From an uncultured Gemmatimonadales bacterium (GTDB taxonomy: Bacteria > Gemmatimonadota > Gemmatimonadetes > Gemmatimonadales > Gemmatimonadaceae), in assembly GCA_963850905.1 (NCBI GenBank), contig CAWKMU010000003.1:3040001-3104000 (forward strand): a stretch of DNA of 64,000 bases, read 5' to 3'. The notes under the pieces are model-generated. The model had not been told where the DNA came from. It did not search any database and worked only from the letters and a program-made list of their open reading frames with translations. Position 1 is the first letter of the stretch. Each line of letters opens with the position of its first letter. The position numbers and the translations under genes are program-made. Below, piece by piece: positions 38,066 through 48,328 of the stretch.

Positions 38066-39006
38066 CGGCCGTCGACGCCATCGACCAGCAACCGGCCTTC
38101 GCGATGCCAGAGCACGACGCGCTCGGTCGGCGAGTGCCGATTGATCCGGGCGGTGCAGACGACGCCGCCAGCTTCGTCGTCGAGCTCACTCACTTCAGCG
38201 GCCCACTCGATCTGCTCCTCACGCTTCTCCGTGAGGAGCAGATCGACATCTACGACATCCCGATCGCGCGCATCGCAGAGCAATTCCTGGTGCGCATCCG
38301 AACGCTGCGACTGGACGAAGCGGCCGAGTATCTGGAGATGGCTGCCCGGCTGTTGCGGATCAAGGCGCAGATGTTGTTGCCGCAACACGGCAGCGAAGAA
38401 GCGTGGGATGATCCGCGTGCGGAGCTGGTGCGTCGCTTGCTCGAGTACCAACAGGTGCGAGAAGTCGTCGACGTGCTCGAAGTCCGCGCAGAGTTGCGTC
38501 GCAGTCGATTCACGCATCCCTGCGCAATGCTGCCCATCGCGCCGCCGCCGCCGGCGCGCCTTGCCGTGACGTTGTTGGAGCTGTTTGCGGCCGTCGATCG
38601 CGTGCTCCGCATCGCGCGCGGCCCGAGCATTCACGCCGTCGTTCCGCGGGCGCTCGACGTCGCTGGCGCGGTCGACGCCGCACGCGCCCTCCTCGCGCGT
38701 CGACCGTCGGTCGGGTGGGCTGACCTCGTCCCGGCACGTGCCGAGGCATGGCAGGTGCTCTCGGTTTTGCTCGCGCTGCTCGAGTTGGCACGACTCGGCG
38801 AGTGTCTGCTCCGTCAACCGATTCCGTTCGGCCCCGTCGAGATTCGGCCTGCCGACCGCGCGTCAAATGCGGGCATTGCCGCGCCGGCTGGCGCCGTCCT
38901 TTCCGCCGACGCTGTCCCCGCGGTCGACGCATCCGACGGCGAAGGCCCCGCGTCGCTCGTCACCCCTTTCGCTACTCCGCATGACACCGCTAGCGCAGCT
39001 GCTTGA
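38062..39006 (+). CDS. scpA: Segregation and condensation protein A
   Basis: FSGPLDLLL, IDIYDIPI, AARLLRIKAQMLLP, LVRRLLEY, LALLEL. Confidence 0.92.
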   Translation: MTAVDAIDQQPAFAMPEHDALGRRVPIDPGGADDAASFVVELTHFSGPLDLLLTLLREEQIDIYDIPIARIAEQFLVRIRTLRLDEAAEYLEMAARLLRIKAQMLLPQHGSEEAWDDPRAELVRRLLEYQQVREVVDVLEVRAELRRSRFTHPCAMLPIAPPPPARLAVTLLELFAAVDRVLRIARGPSIHAVVPRALDVAGAVDAARALLARRPSVGWADLVPARAEAWQVLSVLLALLELARLGECLLRQPIPFGPVEIRPADRASNAGIAAPAGAVLSADAVPAVDASDGEGPASLVTPFATPHDTASAAA

Positions 39007-39520
39007 AGCGGCACTCTTTGCGAGCAGCGTGCCTGCATCAATCGAGACGCTGGCCGCGCTCGAACCCGACGCGAGCGTCGAGGAATTGCAGGCCGCGCTC
39101 CAGGAGCTGCGCCACCACTATGACGAGGGCGGACACGGGATCGAGCTCGTCGAGGTCGCGGGCGGCTGGCAACTCCTGACGCGGCCCGAGTACACGACAG
39201 CCATCGAGCGGGCCCAGTTGGCCACCCGCCCGCACCGACTGTCGGCCGCCGCGCTCGAAACGCTGGCTTTGATCGCCTACCGCCAGCCGATCACGCGCGC
39301 CGATATCGAGGAGATTCGCGGCGTATCGGCAGGGTCGATCCTCAAGTCGCTGCTCGAGCGAGGCCTGGTCGACGTCGTCGGAAAAGCGGATGCGCTTGGA
39401 CGTCCCCTGTTGTACGGAACGACACCGACGTTTCTCGAGTAGTTCTCGCTCCGGCATCTCGGGGAGTTGCCACGATCCGATGAGCTGGCCGTGGCGCTGC
39501 GTCCGGCTCCGGAGCCGTGA
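38981..39520 (+). CDS. scpB: SMC-Scp complex subunit ScpB (in-frame TAG at 39440-39442)
   Basis: LEAALF, LSAAALETLALIAYRQPITRADIEEIRGV, GRPLLYGTT; past the TAG the frame continues FSLRHLGELP to TGA 39520. Confidence 0.92.
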
Positions 39521-40249
39521 CGGGTGAGGCGGTGCGGATCCAACGAGCCCTCGCGCGTGCCGGCATAGGGTCGCGCCGCAAAGCCGATGAGCTCGTGGCG
39601 GCCGGCCGTGTCCGCGTAAATGGGGAGGTCGCGGCAATCGGGCAGACGGTCGACCCCGCCCACGACCGCATCTCGGTCGACGGAGCGGAGATCACACCGC
39701 CCGGCCCCGTGGAGTGGCTGGTACTTCACAAGCCTCCGGGCGTCCTTACCACAGCGCGCGATGAGCGGGCGGCTGGGCGCCGGACCGTTTTCGACCTCGT
39801 CCCGCCGGCACTCCGCCGGCCGGGCCTCACGTATGTTGGCCGTCTGGATTACATGACCGAGGGTGTGCTCCTGTTGACCACGGATGGCGCGGCGGCGCAC
39901 CGATTGACCCACCCGAGCTTCGGGCTGGAGCGGACCTACGTGGCGACGGTACAAGGCAACGCCGTCGCTGCCGCGCGCGCGCTACGCGCCGGCGTCGAGC
40001 TGGAGGATGGCTTGGTGCAGCCGGTTTCGGCGACCGCGCGGCCCGCCGGACAGCGTCGGTGGGAGATCGAGATTACGCTCACCGAGGGCCGGACGCGCGA
40101 GGTGCGCCGCGCGTGTGAGGCGGTCGGGGTGTCACTGGAACGGCTCGTGCGGACGCGCTTCGGCCCGATCGCGCTGGGGCCACTGCCGGTTGGAGCGGTT
40201 CGACCACTGACCAAGCGCGAGATTCACCAACTCGAGGCGGCATCCGTGA
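39517..40249 (+). CDS. rluB: rRNA pseudouridine synthase (RluB/RsuA family)
   Basis: S4 domain SRRKADEL; HKPPG; VGRLD; LLLTTDG; EGRTREVRR; in frame with MoxR in this assembly. Confidence 0.85.
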
Positions 40250-41292
40250 CCGACCGAGCCCTGACAGAGCGCGGTGCGGTCGCCCGAGAGACGGGCGATC
40301 GGCGACTCGCCGGTCCAGCCTCGAGCCCATCCGTCGGTCCGGCCGACGTCGCGCTCGCGCAAGCGGTCACGCGCCAGGTTGCGCGCCGCGTCGTGGGCCA
40401 GGACTACATGGTGGAGCGCCTGTTGATCAGTCTCCTCACGGGCGGACATGTGTTGCTCGAAGGCGTGCCCGGGCTCGCCAAGACACTCACGGTCAGGACG
40501 CTGGCCGAGACCATCCGGACCAGCTTCCAGCGCATTCAGTTTACTCCCGATCTTCTGCCGGCCGACGTCATTGGTACGCAGGTGTACGACCAGTCCAACG
40601 GCCAGTTCTCGGTCAAACGGGGACCGATCTTCGCCAATGTCATCCTGGCTGACGAGATCAACCGCGCGCCGGCCAAGGTGCAGGCCGCTCTGCTCGAGGC
40701 CATGCAGGAGCATCAGGTCACGATCGGGGGTATTACGCATGTGCTGGACGAGCCGTTCCTGGTGCTCGCGACGCAGAACCCCATCGAGCAAGAGGGGACG
40801 TATCCGCTACCCGAAGCTCAGGTCGATCGCTTCATGATGAAGCTGCGGGTCGGCTATCCCACGCGTGAGGAAGAGAAGGAGATCATGCGCCGGATGGCCG
40901 GTGGCGAGACGATTCCCGTCGAGCGGGTAGCTTCTCCCGCCGCGATTCTCGAAGCCCGCCACCGCATCGCGGAGCTGTACATGGACGAGCGCGTCGTCGA
41001 CTACATCGTCGAGATCGTCCACGCTACGCGCTCACCAGGCGACGCGGGCCTGCGCGACCTCGTGCCATTGATCGAGTTTGGTGCGAGCCCTCGGGCGACG
41101 ATCGCGCTCGCGCAGGCGTCGCGAGCCCACGCGTTTCTCAGAGGACGGAATTTCGTCATGCCGGATGACGTCAAAGCCGTCGCACCCGACGTCCTGCGGC
41201 ATCGGATCCTGACCTCGTTCGAGGCTGAAGCGGAATCGGTGACGAGCGACCGGATTGTGCAGCGCGTGCTCGGCGCCGTGGAAAGCCCGTGA
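40246..41292 (+). CDS. moxR: MoxR family AAA+ ATPase
   Basis: GHVLLEGVPGLAKT, RIQFTPDLLPAD, LADEINRAPAKVQAALLEAM, ATQNPIEQEGTYPLPEAQ, GASPR; likely own GTG at 40246. Confidence 0.92.
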   Translation: MTDRALTERGAVARETGDRRLAGPASSPSVGPADVALAQAVTRQVARRVVGQDYMVERLLISLLTGGHVLLEGVPGLAKTLTVRTLAETIRTSFQRIQFTPDLLPADVIGTQVYDQSNGQFSVKRGPIFANVILADEINRAPAKVQAALLEAMQEHQVTIGGITHVLDEPFLVLATQNPIEQEGTYPLPEAQVDRFMMKLRVGYPTREEEKEIMRRMAGGETIPVERVASPAAILEARHRIAELYMDERVVDYIVEIVHATRSPGDAGLRDLVPLIEFGASPRATIALAQASRAHAFLRGRNFVMPDDVKAVAPDVLRHRILTSFEAEAESVTSDRIVQRVLGAVESP

Positions 41293-42209
41293 CCGCCGGC
41301 GCGGCGCCGATCCCCATCGGGGTCTCGGCTGCCGTTCTGCAGCAGGTCAAGCTCATCGAGCTCCAAACTCGTCGTTTGGTCAACTCGCTCTTCATGGGCG
41401 AGTACCGTTCCGTATTCAAGGGGCAGGGGATGGAGTTCGCCGAGGTACGGGAGTACCTGCCCGGCGACGAGGTGCGATCGATCGATTGGAACGTGACCGC
41501 CCGCATGCGGCGGCCGTTCGTGAAGCGATACATCGAGGAACGCGAGCTCACGGTGATGCTCGTGATGGACGTGTCCGGCTCCGAGCAATTCGGCAGCGCG
41601 CGCCGCTTCAAGGGCGAGGTCGCGAGCGAGCTGGCGACGGTGCTCGCGATGTCCGCTGTCCGGAACAACGACCGCGTCGGAACGCTCCTCTTCACCGACC
41701 GCATTGAGCTGGTAGTCCCGCCGCGGAAGGGGCGGCGGCACGCTCTGCGCGTCATCCGCGACTTCCTCGCGTTCCGGCCCACGCATTCGGGTACGGACGT
41801 GTCCGGGGCATTGACGTACTTGACCCACCTGCTCAAGCATCGGACCATCGTCTTCATCGTGTCCGACTTCCAGGCACCGGATTTTGCACGAGCTTTGCGC
41901 GGTATCGCGCAACGGCACGATGTCGTCGCGGTGGCCATCGAGGATCCACTCGAGCGCATGCTGCCCGACGCAGGTATTGTTCGGTTCGCAGATCCCGAGA
42001 CCGGCCAGTTGGTCGACGTCGACACGAGCGCCCGAGCGGTGCGACTCAACTATGAGCGTCGGACGATGCAGGATCGACAAGCGCGGCGACAGCTCTTCCG
42101 GCAATTGGGGATCGACGAGGTCGTCATCAGCACCGATGGTGGCATCGTCGAGCCCTTGCTCAAGTTCTTTCGCAGGCGGGAGACCCGCGCCCGCCGCCGG
42201 ACGGCGTGA
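41289..42209 (+). CDS. DUF58 domain protein
   Basis: GMEFAEVREY.PGD, IDWNVTAR, EEREL, DVSGS, VSDF; follows moxR. Confidence 0.92.
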   Translation: MTAGAAPIPIGVSAAVLQQVKLIELQTRRLVNSLFMGEYRSVFKGQGMEFAEVREYLPGDEVRSIDWNVTARMRRPFVKRYIEERELTVMLVMDVSGSEQFGSARRFKGEVASELATVLAMSAVRNNDRVGTLLFTDRIELVVPPRKGRRHALRVIRDFLAFRPTHSGTDVSGALTYLTHLLKHRTIVFIVSDFQAPDFARALRGIAQRHDVVAVAIEDPLERMLPDAGIVRFADPETGQLVDVDTSARAVRLNYERRTMQDRQARRQLFRQLGIDEVVISTDGGIVEPLLKFFRRRETRARRRTA

Positions 42210-42222
42210 GCTCGGAGGCGAC

Positions 42223-43317
42223 GTGGCCATCCGCAATGCGCTGGTGCTCTCGTGCACACTCACCGTCTGGACGGCGAGTGTGCAGGCGCAAGTCGCTCAC
42301 CGAGCGCCACGCCCGGCACCTGCGGCCGCACCGCATGCCGTGCAACCCAGCGCGCTCCCCGCGCCACCGGCCCTGCCTGCGGGGTTCGACTATCAGATCA
42401 AGGTCGCACCGGAGACCGTCGCCGTCGGGTTGCCATTTCACGTTGCTGTGCACGTCAGGGGGCCTGCCGGCACGGGCGTCCAGTTTCCCGCCGGGCCAGA
42501 TTCGGGGACGGCCGTAGAGGCGCTCGATCCGCCCACGGAGCGCAGCCGCTCCGATTCGATCGCCACGGACATCACCGCGACCTACCGCCTTGCCGCGTGG
42601 GACGTGGGCCGGCTTCCGATTGCGCTTGGGAACGTCGTCGTTACGGACCGACGCGGTGAACACGCCATCGCGCTCGGCCCGCTCAGCGTGGTCGTCGCAG
42701 CCACGGTGCCGCCGCGCGGAGCCGCGCGCACGCCGCGCCCTGCGCGTGCGTATTATCCCGACCGAGAGCCGTGGTGGTGGCGGTGGGCGCTCGCTGGTGC
42801 CGCTGTCGCAGTGCTGCTCATCGGATGGTTGGTCGTCCGCTGGCTCCGGCGCCGAGCGCGTCGGCCCGTGGTGGCGTTGGGGCCTCTCGCCACTGCTGAC
42901 CAGGAGCTCGGCGACCTCGAGCACCTCGGGTTGGTCGAGGCGGGCGAATGGGGTCGCTACGTGACGTTGATCGCCGATGTCGTGCGACGCTTTCTCGCGC
43001 GACGTCTGCCAGACGCTCCGTTGTCGTCCACGACCAGTGAGCTCGTGAGCGCATTGCACCACGATGCGCGCGTGCCGCTCGATCGCCTGCGAGCCCTCCT
43101 CGTGCAGATCGACCTCGTCAAATTCGCGGGCCAGCACATGAGCGCCGAGACCGTCACCGAAACATCCCGTGTCGCGCGCGCGCTCATGAGCGACATCGAT
43201 ACCGCCGTGGCGGCGGCCGCCACAGCCGCTCGAGAGGCGGCGGCGCGGCAGACGTCGCGCGAGTTCGAGGAGCGGCGCACGGCCCGCGCTCTCGGCTCCA
43301 AGGGACGGGCAGCATGA
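42223..43317 (+). CDS. Bat-cluster membrane protein (Ig-like domain, TM helix, helical tail)
   Basis: GGAGG RBS; signal peptide; TM; TTSEL and DLVKFA; between DUF58 and VWA genes. Confidence 0.75.
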   Translation: MAIRNALVLSCTLTVWTASVQAQVAHRAPRPAPAAAPHAVQPSALPAPPALPAGFDYQIKVAPETVAVGLPFHVAVHVRGPAGTGVQFPAGPDSGTAVEALDPPTERSRSDSIATDITATYRLAAWDVGRLPIALGNVVVTDRRGEHAIALGPLSVVVAATVPPRGAARTPRPARAYYPDREPWWWRWALAGAAVAVLLIGWLVVRWLRRRARRPVVALGPLATADQELGDLEHLGLVEAGEWGRYVTLIADVVRRFLARRLPDAPLSSTTSELVSALHHDARVPLDRLRALLVQIDLVKFAGQHMSAETVTETSRVARALMSDIDTAVAAAATAAREAAARQTSREFEERRTARALGSKGRAA

Positions 43318-44306
43318 GCTCCGCAGCGGCCTTCGGTTTCGGCACGCCGTGGGTGCTGCTGGCGCTGCTGGCTCTGCCGTTGTGGTGGCTGCATCGACGC
43401 CTTCGCCGCCCGAGCGCGGTCACGCTGTCGCGCGTTGCGCCGCTCGTGGCCGGGCCGCGGCGCGGACGCGCCCTCGGGTGGATGCTCTTCGCATTGCGCA
43501 ATCTCGCGATCGCTGCCGCCGTCGTCGCTCTTGCGCGCCCGCGGTTCGGGTCGCAGAGCGAGACCATCACCGGCGACGGCATCAACATCATGCTGGTCAT
43601 CGACCTGTCGAGCTCCATGCTCGCGCTCGACTTCCAACCGGACAATCGACTGGAGGTCGCCAAGGAGACGATGAAGCGTTTCGTGTCCGGGCGGGCGGCC
43701 GATCGCATCGGGGTCGTCTCCTTTGCCGGCGATGCGTTGACCCAGGTGCCGCTCACGCTGGACTATGGTGTCGTCACGTCCGCAATTGACAACTTGCAGG
43801 CTGGCCAGTTGGACGACGGGACCGCAATCGGTACCGCGGTTGCGACCGCGGCCAACCGTTTGCGTGTCGCCGCCGGACGGTCACGCGTCATGATCCTGGC
43901 CACCGACGGCGTCAACAACCGGGGGTCCATCGACCCCCGTACAGCGGCCAAGGCCGCAGCGGCATTCGGCATCAAGATCTACACGATCGGCATTGGCACC
44001 GAGGGATTGGCTCCGGTTCCCGTCGGGCGCGGGTTGTTTGGGCTGCGCTACGAAAATCAGGAAGTGCGCATCGACGAACGTCTGTTGTCGGATATCGCAC
44101 GGACGACCCATGCACGGTTTTTCCGCGCCCGCGACGCGGCGGCGTTGCGACAGATCTACCAAGAGATCGATCAACTCGAGCGCGCGCCAGTGCGCATGCA
44201 GACCTACGTGCGCTACGCCGAGCAGTTCCGCTGGCCGCTCGAAGCAGCCATGATCGCGCTCGTGCTCGAGCTGGGGCTGCTGGCGTGGCGAGGGCCGCTG
44301 ACATGA
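43314..44306 (+). CDS. batA: BatA-like VWA domain protein
   Basis: ALARP; MIDAS DLSSSM; PLTLDY; GTAIG; TDGVNN; IYTIGIG. Confidence 0.88.
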   Translation: MSSAAAFGFGTPWVLLALLALPLWWLHRRLRRPSAVTLSRVAPLVAGPRRGRALGWMLFALRNLAIAAAVVALARPRFGSQSETITGDGINIMLVIDLSSSMLALDFQPDNRLEVAKETMKRFVSGRAADRIGVVSFAGDALTQVPLTLDYGVVTSAIDNLQAGQLDDGTAIGTAVATAANRLRVAAGRSRVMILATDGVNNRGSIDPRTAAKAAAAFGIKIYTIGIGTEGLAPVPVGRGLFGLRYENQEVRIDERLLSDIARTTHARFFRARDAAALRQIYQEIDQLERAPVRMQTYVRYAEQFRWPLEAAMIALVLELGLLAWRGPLT

Positions 44307-44328
44307 TCACGGCTCGAGGGATCGGGGC

Positions 44329-46029
44329 ATGAGTCCGCTCGTGTCGAACCTCGCTCTGGTGGAGCGGCCCCTGTGGTTGCTGGGGGCCATCCTGCTTCCT
44401 CTCCTGGTGATCGTGCTCCTCGTACGGCGCGAACGGGACCGCCGCCGCCGAATCGCGCGCCTCGGCAATCCGGTCACCGTCGCGCGCATCTTCCCCGGGA
44501 TCCGCTCCCTGACACCAGGCCTGCGGATGCTGCTGCTGTGTGGTACCGTCGCGTGCATGGCAGTCGCGCTCGCAGGACCGCGGTGGGGTGCGCAGCGTCG
44601 GGCGATCCGGACCGCCGGAGCGGACGTCGTCGTCGCTATCGATGCCTCCCTCTCAATGCTCGCGACCGATGAGCGTCCAAGCCGTCTGGAACGGGCCAAG
44701 CAGGACGTGCGCATCTTGCGCTCCTTGAGCCCGGGAGACCGCACCGCACTGATCGCGTTCGCCGGACGGAGTTACATCCTCTCTCCACTCACCGTGGACG
44801 ATGGGGCGCTGGCGCTCTTTCTCGACAACCTCGACCCGTCGGTTGTCGGACAGCCCGGCACATCGATCGCCCGGGCGATTCGGCAGGCCACGGATCTCTT
44901 GCTCTCGACGCGCACGGCGAGCGACCGGGCCATCGTGGTCATGAGCGATGGGGAAGGGTGGGAGTCGGAAGAAGATGTGCGCGCCGCCGCCGAGCAGGCG
45001 GCGGAGAGCGGCATCAGCCTGGTGACGGTCGGCTACGGGACCGAGCAAGGCTCGACCATCCCGGTGACGTCTGGCAGCACGACGACGCCAAAGCGCGATG
45101 ACAATGGAGCCGTCGTCGTAACGCATTACGTGCCAGCCCTCCTTCAGGCCGCCGCGGCTGCTGCGCACGGCACGTTCATCCCCGCCGGCACGACGGACAA
45201 GCCGTCCAACGTCCGCCGGGCACTGGCCAAGCTCCGCGTCGCCCGACGCACGGTCGAGGAAGAGGACGAACGGACACCGCGCTATCAGCTCTTCCTCGCG
45301 CCGGCCGTCCTCCTGTTGCTGCTCGATACGCTGCTCGGTGACACGCGGCGCGCTGGGGCGCGCCGCGAGCGTCTCCGTGCACCCGCCACCCCGACGCACC
45401 CGCCTCGTGCGACCGCCGCCGCAGTGCTCGTCATGGGCTTGAGTTTTCCGGCGTTGTGGCCGCCCGCGTCACGCGGCACGCCCCTCGACCGCGCAGTTGC
45501 ATACCGGCGGGCGATAGAGGCGGGTGATCACTCACCGCAAACGCTGTACAACTATGGCACCGCGCTGCTCGCCGCCGATTCGGTGGAGAGCGCGATCTCG
45601 GCGCTCTCGCAGGCAGCTGATTTGCGCGACGCGGACGTGCGGTATCGGTCCTGGTTCAACCTGGGCCTCGCGCATCTGCGCCGCGGCCTCGCGGCCCATG
45701 GGGACAGCGGGGTCACGGACCTGGACGCGGCGCTCAATGCATACAAACGTGTCCTCATTGCCCGACCGCAGGATGACGAGGCGCGTTGGAACTACGAGCT
45801 CGCGCTGCGGAAGCGCGAAGGTGGTGGTGGAGGAGGCGGATCGGGCGGTGGAGGCGGCGGTGCGTCGACGCCCCCATCGACTGGGAATAACTCGGGAGCG
45901 ACCCAGGGCCTCGCGCAGCGCCAGGCAGAAGAGATCCTGAACAATGCCGCGCGCGAAGAGCGTGAAGTCCTTGGCAAGTCGCAACGCCAGTCCCAGACTG
46001 ATGTGCCACCCGGGGGGCGAGATTGGTAG
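44329..46029 (+). CDS. BatB-like VWA domain fused to BatC-like TPR domain
   Basis: DASLSM, SRLERAK, PLTVD, SDGE; TPR motifs YNYG, FNLG, ARWNYELAL. Confidence 0.82.
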   Translation: MSPLVSNLALVERPLWLLGAILLPLLVIVLLVRRERDRRRRIARLGNPVTVARIFPGIRSLTPGLRMLLLCGTVACMAVALAGPRWGAQRRAIRTAGADVVVAIDASLSMLATDERPSRLERAKQDVRILRSLSPGDRTALIAFAGRSYILSPLTVDDGALALFLDNLDPSVVGQPGTSIARAIRQATDLLLSTRTASDRAIVVMSDGEGWESEEDVRAAAEQAAESGISLVTVGYGTEQGSTIPVTSGSTTTPKRDDNGAVVVTHYVPALLQAAAAAAHGTFIPAGTTDKPSNVRRALAKLRVARRTVEEEDERTPRYQLFLAPAVLLLLLDTLLGDTRRAGARRERLRAPATPTHPPRATAAAVLVMGLSFPALWPPASRGTPLDRAVAYRRAIEAGDHSPQTLYNYGTALLAADSVESAISALSQAADLRDADVRYRSWFNLGLAHLRRGLAAHGDSGVTDLDAALNAYKRVLIARPQDDEARWNYELALRKREGGGGGGGSGGGGGGASTPPSTGNNSGATQGLAQRQAEEILNNAAREEREVLGKSQRQSQTDVPPGGRDW

Positions 46030-48125
46030 GCCTCGCCGTCGCCGTTCTGGCACAGCTCGCGGTCGTCGCGCGGGCGCCCATCGACACGTCGCAGGGTGTG
46101 AATTTTCACGCGATCCTGACACCCGATACCGTGTACGTCGGCCAACAGGCGACGTACCAGGTCGGCGTGTTCATCGATGATCAGCTGCGGCTTCGGCTCC
46201 GCCACAACCCCGAATTCATTCCGCCGGACGCTCAAGGCCTGCTGTCATACGAGCTCGCCGCAGGCGCGCGTGCACCGAGCACACGGCACGCCGGCCGCCG
46301 GGTCTACGAGGTGCACGTGTTTCAGCGTGCCTTCTTCCCGCTCGTACCCGGCCGCTACACCATCCCCAGCGCGCAACTCGTCTACTCCTTGCCGTTGTCT
46401 ACGAGCTTTTTCAGCCGCGAAGAGACGCATACTCTCGTCGCGGAGAGCTTGCTTGTCGTGGTGCGGGCACCTCCGAGCGATGGTCGGCCGAGCGACTACG
46501 TCGGCGCGGTCGGCGATGTCACCATTGCGGCACATCTGGATTCTGCCGCCGCGCGGGTCGGGGATCCCATGTTGTTGACGCTGAGCGTTGCGGGGCGGGG
46601 CGACGTCAAGCTCTTTCCACGACCCGCCGTCGCGGTGCCGTGGGGCACCCTCGTGCCGGCGCAGGTCCGCGTACGCCTCGATACGACGACCGAGCAGGTG
46701 CGCGGAACGAAAGAGTTCGATTGGCTCGTGACCCCGCGCGACAGCGGGAATCTCATCCTGCCGTCGGTGCGATATCCGTACTTCGATCCGTATCGCGAGC
46801 GGTACGAGGTTGCCGTCACGCCACCATCGGCCCTGCACGTCGCGCCGGGCGCCCTCGCCCTGGGCGACACCGCTCGTACGGATGTGCTACCTCCCTTGCC
46901 ACTGCGTCACACGTACCGGGGCCCCCCGAGCCAGCCCTTCTATGAGACGCCGCTGTACCTGGCGCTCGCCTTTGCGGCACCGATCCCCGCCCTCGTGCTC
47001 GCAGCCCGTCGACGACGGACGCGGAAGCCGCACCAGGCCCCGCGAGCGGGCGCAGCGGCACTTCGCGCGCTTGCGCGGCGTCAGCAGCCCGCCGATGCGT
47101 TGACGGTGCGGCGAGCCTTCGTCCGCGCCCTCGAGGAGCGGTTCGTGCTGCCGCCCACCGTGCTGACCGACCGAGGCGCGCTTACTCACGCGCTGCGCCT
47201 CGAAGGCGTCACCGCCGCGACTGCGGAAGTTGCCGAGTCGGTGCTGACCGCGCTCGATCGCGGGGCGTTCGGGGTAGGTGAAATCCTCCCGAGCAATGTC
47301 TGCGCCCACGCGTACGCGGCGTTCCGCAACGCAGTCGCCGAAGCCCGGCCTCGCCGCGGCGGGAGTCGGCGGGAAACCGCACGGTCATCGGATCGCGCGA
47401 CGGTTGCGGTGATCATGATCGGCGCGGTCGCGAGTGCCATGGGCGCACGAGCGGTCGCACAGGATCAGCCGGAGACGGCAACCGCCGCGTTCGCGGCGGG
47501 CGTGAAGGCGTATACCACCGGGAATTATCGAGCGGCTGCTTCTCAGTTCGCCGCAGTCACTCAGTGGGCGCCGGATGCGCCGGACGCATGGGCAAATGCG
47601 GGCACCGCCGCCTGGGCGGCAGGGGACACTGCCGACGCGGTCGTCGGCTGGCAGCACGCAGGCCGCATCGACCCGCTTGCCCACGACGTTCACGATCACC
47701 TCACGCTCGTTCGCGCTACGCAAGACGGGCCCATCGCTCGGCTGCCACGTATCCCGACCCCACTCGCGGCCGACGCCGCGCTCGGGTTCTGGCTGGTTGC
47801 CTGCGCCGTAGCCACATGGCGGGTCGCGCGCCGGCAGTCGCCCGTCTCCGCCATCTCGCTGCTGTTGGCAGGCTGCGCGATCGCCGCGGGCGTCGTAGGT
47901 GTTCGGGAGAATGAAGCCGCTGCCGCGCGCGATTTGTCGGTCGTCGACCGCGGCATGGTGCTATACGCCTCACCGGCCCTGGACGCAGACCACGTTGCCC
48001 GTGCGGACGCCGGAGACGTCGCGCGCACACTCGGCAGGCAAGGGGTCTGGAGCCGCGTCCGTCTCAATGGTGACCGAGAAGGATGGGTCGAGAGTGTGCG
48101 ACTAATCCCGTTGGAGAGGCGGTAG
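46023..48125 (+). CDS. BatD-like domain fused to BatE-like TPR/SH3 region
   Basis: VYVGQQ, GAVGD, YFDP; later AWANAG TPR and C-terminal WSRVRL..GWV SH3-like. Confidence 0.8.
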   Translation: MVGLAVAVLAQLAVVARAPIDTSQGVNFHAILTPDTVYVGQQATYQVGVFIDDQLRLRLRHNPEFIPPDAQGLLSYELAAGARAPSTRHAGRRVYEVHVFQRAFFPLVPGRYTIPSAQLVYSLPLSTSFFSREETHTLVAESLLVVVRAPPSDGRPSDYVGAVGDVTIAAHLDSAAARVGDPMLLTLSVAGRGDVKLFPRPAVAVPWGTLVPAQVRVRLDTTTEQVRGTKEFDWLVTPRDSGNLILPSVRYPYFDPYRERYEVAVTPPSALHVAPGALALGDTARTDVLPPLPLRHTYRGPPSQPFYETPLYLALAFAAPIPALVLAARRRRTRKPHQAPRAGAAALRALARRQQPADALTVRRAFVRALEERFVLPPTVLTDRGALTHALRLEGVTAATAEVAESVLTALDRGAFGVGEILPSNVCAHAYAAFRNAVAEARPRRGGSRRETARSSDRATVAVIMIGAVASAMGARAVAQDQPETATAAFAAGVKAYTTGNYRAAASQFAAVTQWAPDAPDAWANAGTAAWAAGDTADAVVGWQHAGRIDPLAHDVHDHLTLVRATQDGPIARLPRIPTPLAADAALGFWLVACAVATWRVARRQSPVSAISLLLAGCAIAAGVVGVRENEAAAARDLSVVDRGMVLYASPALDADHVARADAGDVARTLGRQGVWSRVRLNGDREGWVESVRLIPLERR

Positions 48126-48313
48126 GGCAACAACGGCGGGGTCAGGGACGGGCGCTACGCGCCCGAGAAAGGAGAGAGGGGAAAGGAGAGCGGAGACCCC
48201 TCGCCACGAATTCAGTTGTCGTCTCCTTTCTCCTTTCTGGCGTTCTCCTCTCTCGGGCGCGTAGCGCCCGTCCCCCGACCCCTGACCCCTGATCCCTGAC
48301 CCCGTCGTTGCCC
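48125..48313. repeat. Nested composite palindrome upstream of mutL
   Basis: 24-bp inverted repeat GGGACGGGCGCTACGCGCCCGAGA / TCTCGGGCGCGTAGCGCCCGTCCC inside GGGTCAG arms, enclosing GAAAGGA / TCCTTTC repeats. Confidence 0.75.
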
Positions 48314-48328
48314 TTAGCTTTCCACCCC

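Noticed and set aside
39440..39442. Genome-wide amber recoding or pyrrolysine
   Set aside because: TAG terminates many genes at their expected ends (e.g. 2431, 12110, 22261, 56774); no pyl genes seen.
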